From: Pavona decussata
Taxonomy: Eukaryota
Direction of reading: 5' to 3'
DNA length: 64,000 nucleotides
Assembly (NCBI GenBank): GCA_977016875.1
Contig: CDRNST010000123.1
Location: forward strand, 372,001 to 436,000
A program made the position numbers and the translations under genes. Positions 62,745 to 64,000 of the stretch are shown here, one piece after another (position 1 is the first letter of the stretch; each line of letters opens with the position of its first letter). The notes beneath the pieces are model-generated. The model saw nothing but the letters and a program-made list of their open reading frames with translations. It was not told where the DNA came from and did not search any database.

Positions 62745-63054
62745 GGTCAAACGACGTTATTGATCAAATTCTAGGTCCTCAGGACTGGTGCAGATTTGAT
62801 CACTTTCTGACCCTCTGAATTTTCAAACTTGTCGCTTCTTTTCCTAGTTACTTAGTCATACGTCTTGATTAAAATTGAGATTCTCTCAAACTTCCACCTG
62901 GACAGAAGGAATGAAAATATTAATTTTCGTCAGTTTATGGGATGGGCCCTTTATTAGGAGAATTCAACATGAATTTTCGCCAGTGGTATCTAGGATACCG
63001 GAAGAAGACAGGTCGAGACCCTGATTACGGCATTTCGATTGTTCTCTTCCAAGG

Positions 63055-64000
63055 ATGAAGCTTATCACAGATGTTCAGCTGTTAGCTACGCTTTTGATTT
63101 TGTGCACACTTTCCTATTTGGTTGAAGGTAAGTCCATGCAATAATTTGTTAGTAACCGAAATCTATTTTGAGGAGTAAAAATTTGTAAATACTGATAATA
63201 AATACCGCAGCTCGTAACGTGTAGAGATATTTTACCCAAACGCAGTAAATTTTGACTGATTTGGTTAAAACGATTTCTTACCTCCTTTGAAGTATAAGTG
63301 TGCAAACTTATTAACGGACGCTGTCAGCAGATATGCACACACAGTCTCTTGTGGAATTTCTTGCTATTATTTAACGTTAATTCGAATACACCGCCTAAAA
63401 ATATTCGCAACGCTAAACTATACTCTTCGTTTATTACCGAGGGTTACAGTTACACACAAAAAGAATACAACAGCATAAGCTATTTAAACTTAAATTCAAA
63501 CGAAAATACAATAGTTTCAATAACAAAAGAAAATTCACTATTACCAATGGGAAGCTTAATTAAATATTCCTGTGAAGTAATGTCAGTGTGCATACATTAA
63601 AGTTCGAATTAGCAACCGTCAAATCACGTTCTTTTTCACAATAACAACACCGCCCCCATAATTAAAAGTTCAAGAAAAGTTCCAAATTCTGCTTTTATGA
63701 CATTAAAACAAGAAAAATCAAAGGGAAATACAGCCTAACAGATTGGTTGTATTCCAATGGGCTCTCACCCGCCTAATTTCGACATACTGCAAAAGTTAAA
63801 AGCACAGTATATGCAGTGTTTGAATCTAGGATCAAATTGTCACAAAATCGCAGGATTAAGTAAAGTCATAAGTTACTTGGAAACTTAAACGTCACTCTCC
63901 TTTGAGTTGTTTCTTTTTGACGATCACTTGTACAATTTTCCCTCAAGGCAAAATCTCTTCCAGCAAGGAAAGGTCAACTTCACCGTGTCATATCCTGACT
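63055..64000 (+). CDS. Multi-lectin gene copy C, 5' end (signal peptide exon 63055-63127; exon 2 from about 63947, runs off window)
   Basis: MKLITDVQLLATLLILCTLSYLVE with GTAAGT donor; QNLFQQGKVNFTVSYPD matches copy B exon 2. Confidence 0.85.

Overview
AT-rich eukaryotic DNA with GT-AG introns. Domain content and repeat families point to an anthozoan, probably a stony coral (inferred). The window holds a + strand tandem array of three paralogues of a large secreted multi-lectin gene: copy A (3' part, 133-14677), copy B (full span, 29996-61139) and copy C (5' end, 63055 onward). The reconstructed protein is about 1150 aa: signal peptide, 3x H-type-lectin-like, follistatin/Kazal, 3x H-type-lectin-like, C-type lectin (QPN/WND), 3x EGF, fibrinogen/intelectin-like C-terminus, with the modules joined by phase-1 introns. 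Each copy carries different lesions. A has a frameshift in the last exon. B has a nonsense codon, a lost donor, a MITE in the CTLD exon and one missing exon. C has a mutated acceptor. A and B diverge in a patchwork rather than uniformly. Introns and spacers are full of mobile DNA: an internally deleted Gypsy LTR element, a 5'-truncated L2/CR1-group LINE with an open RT frame, Penelope fragments with hammerhead-like motifs, Crypton remnants, Kolobok-, Harbinger-, Tc1/pogo- and Academ-like non-autonomous elements, and tRNA-derived repeats. All calls were made by eye; no searches were run.
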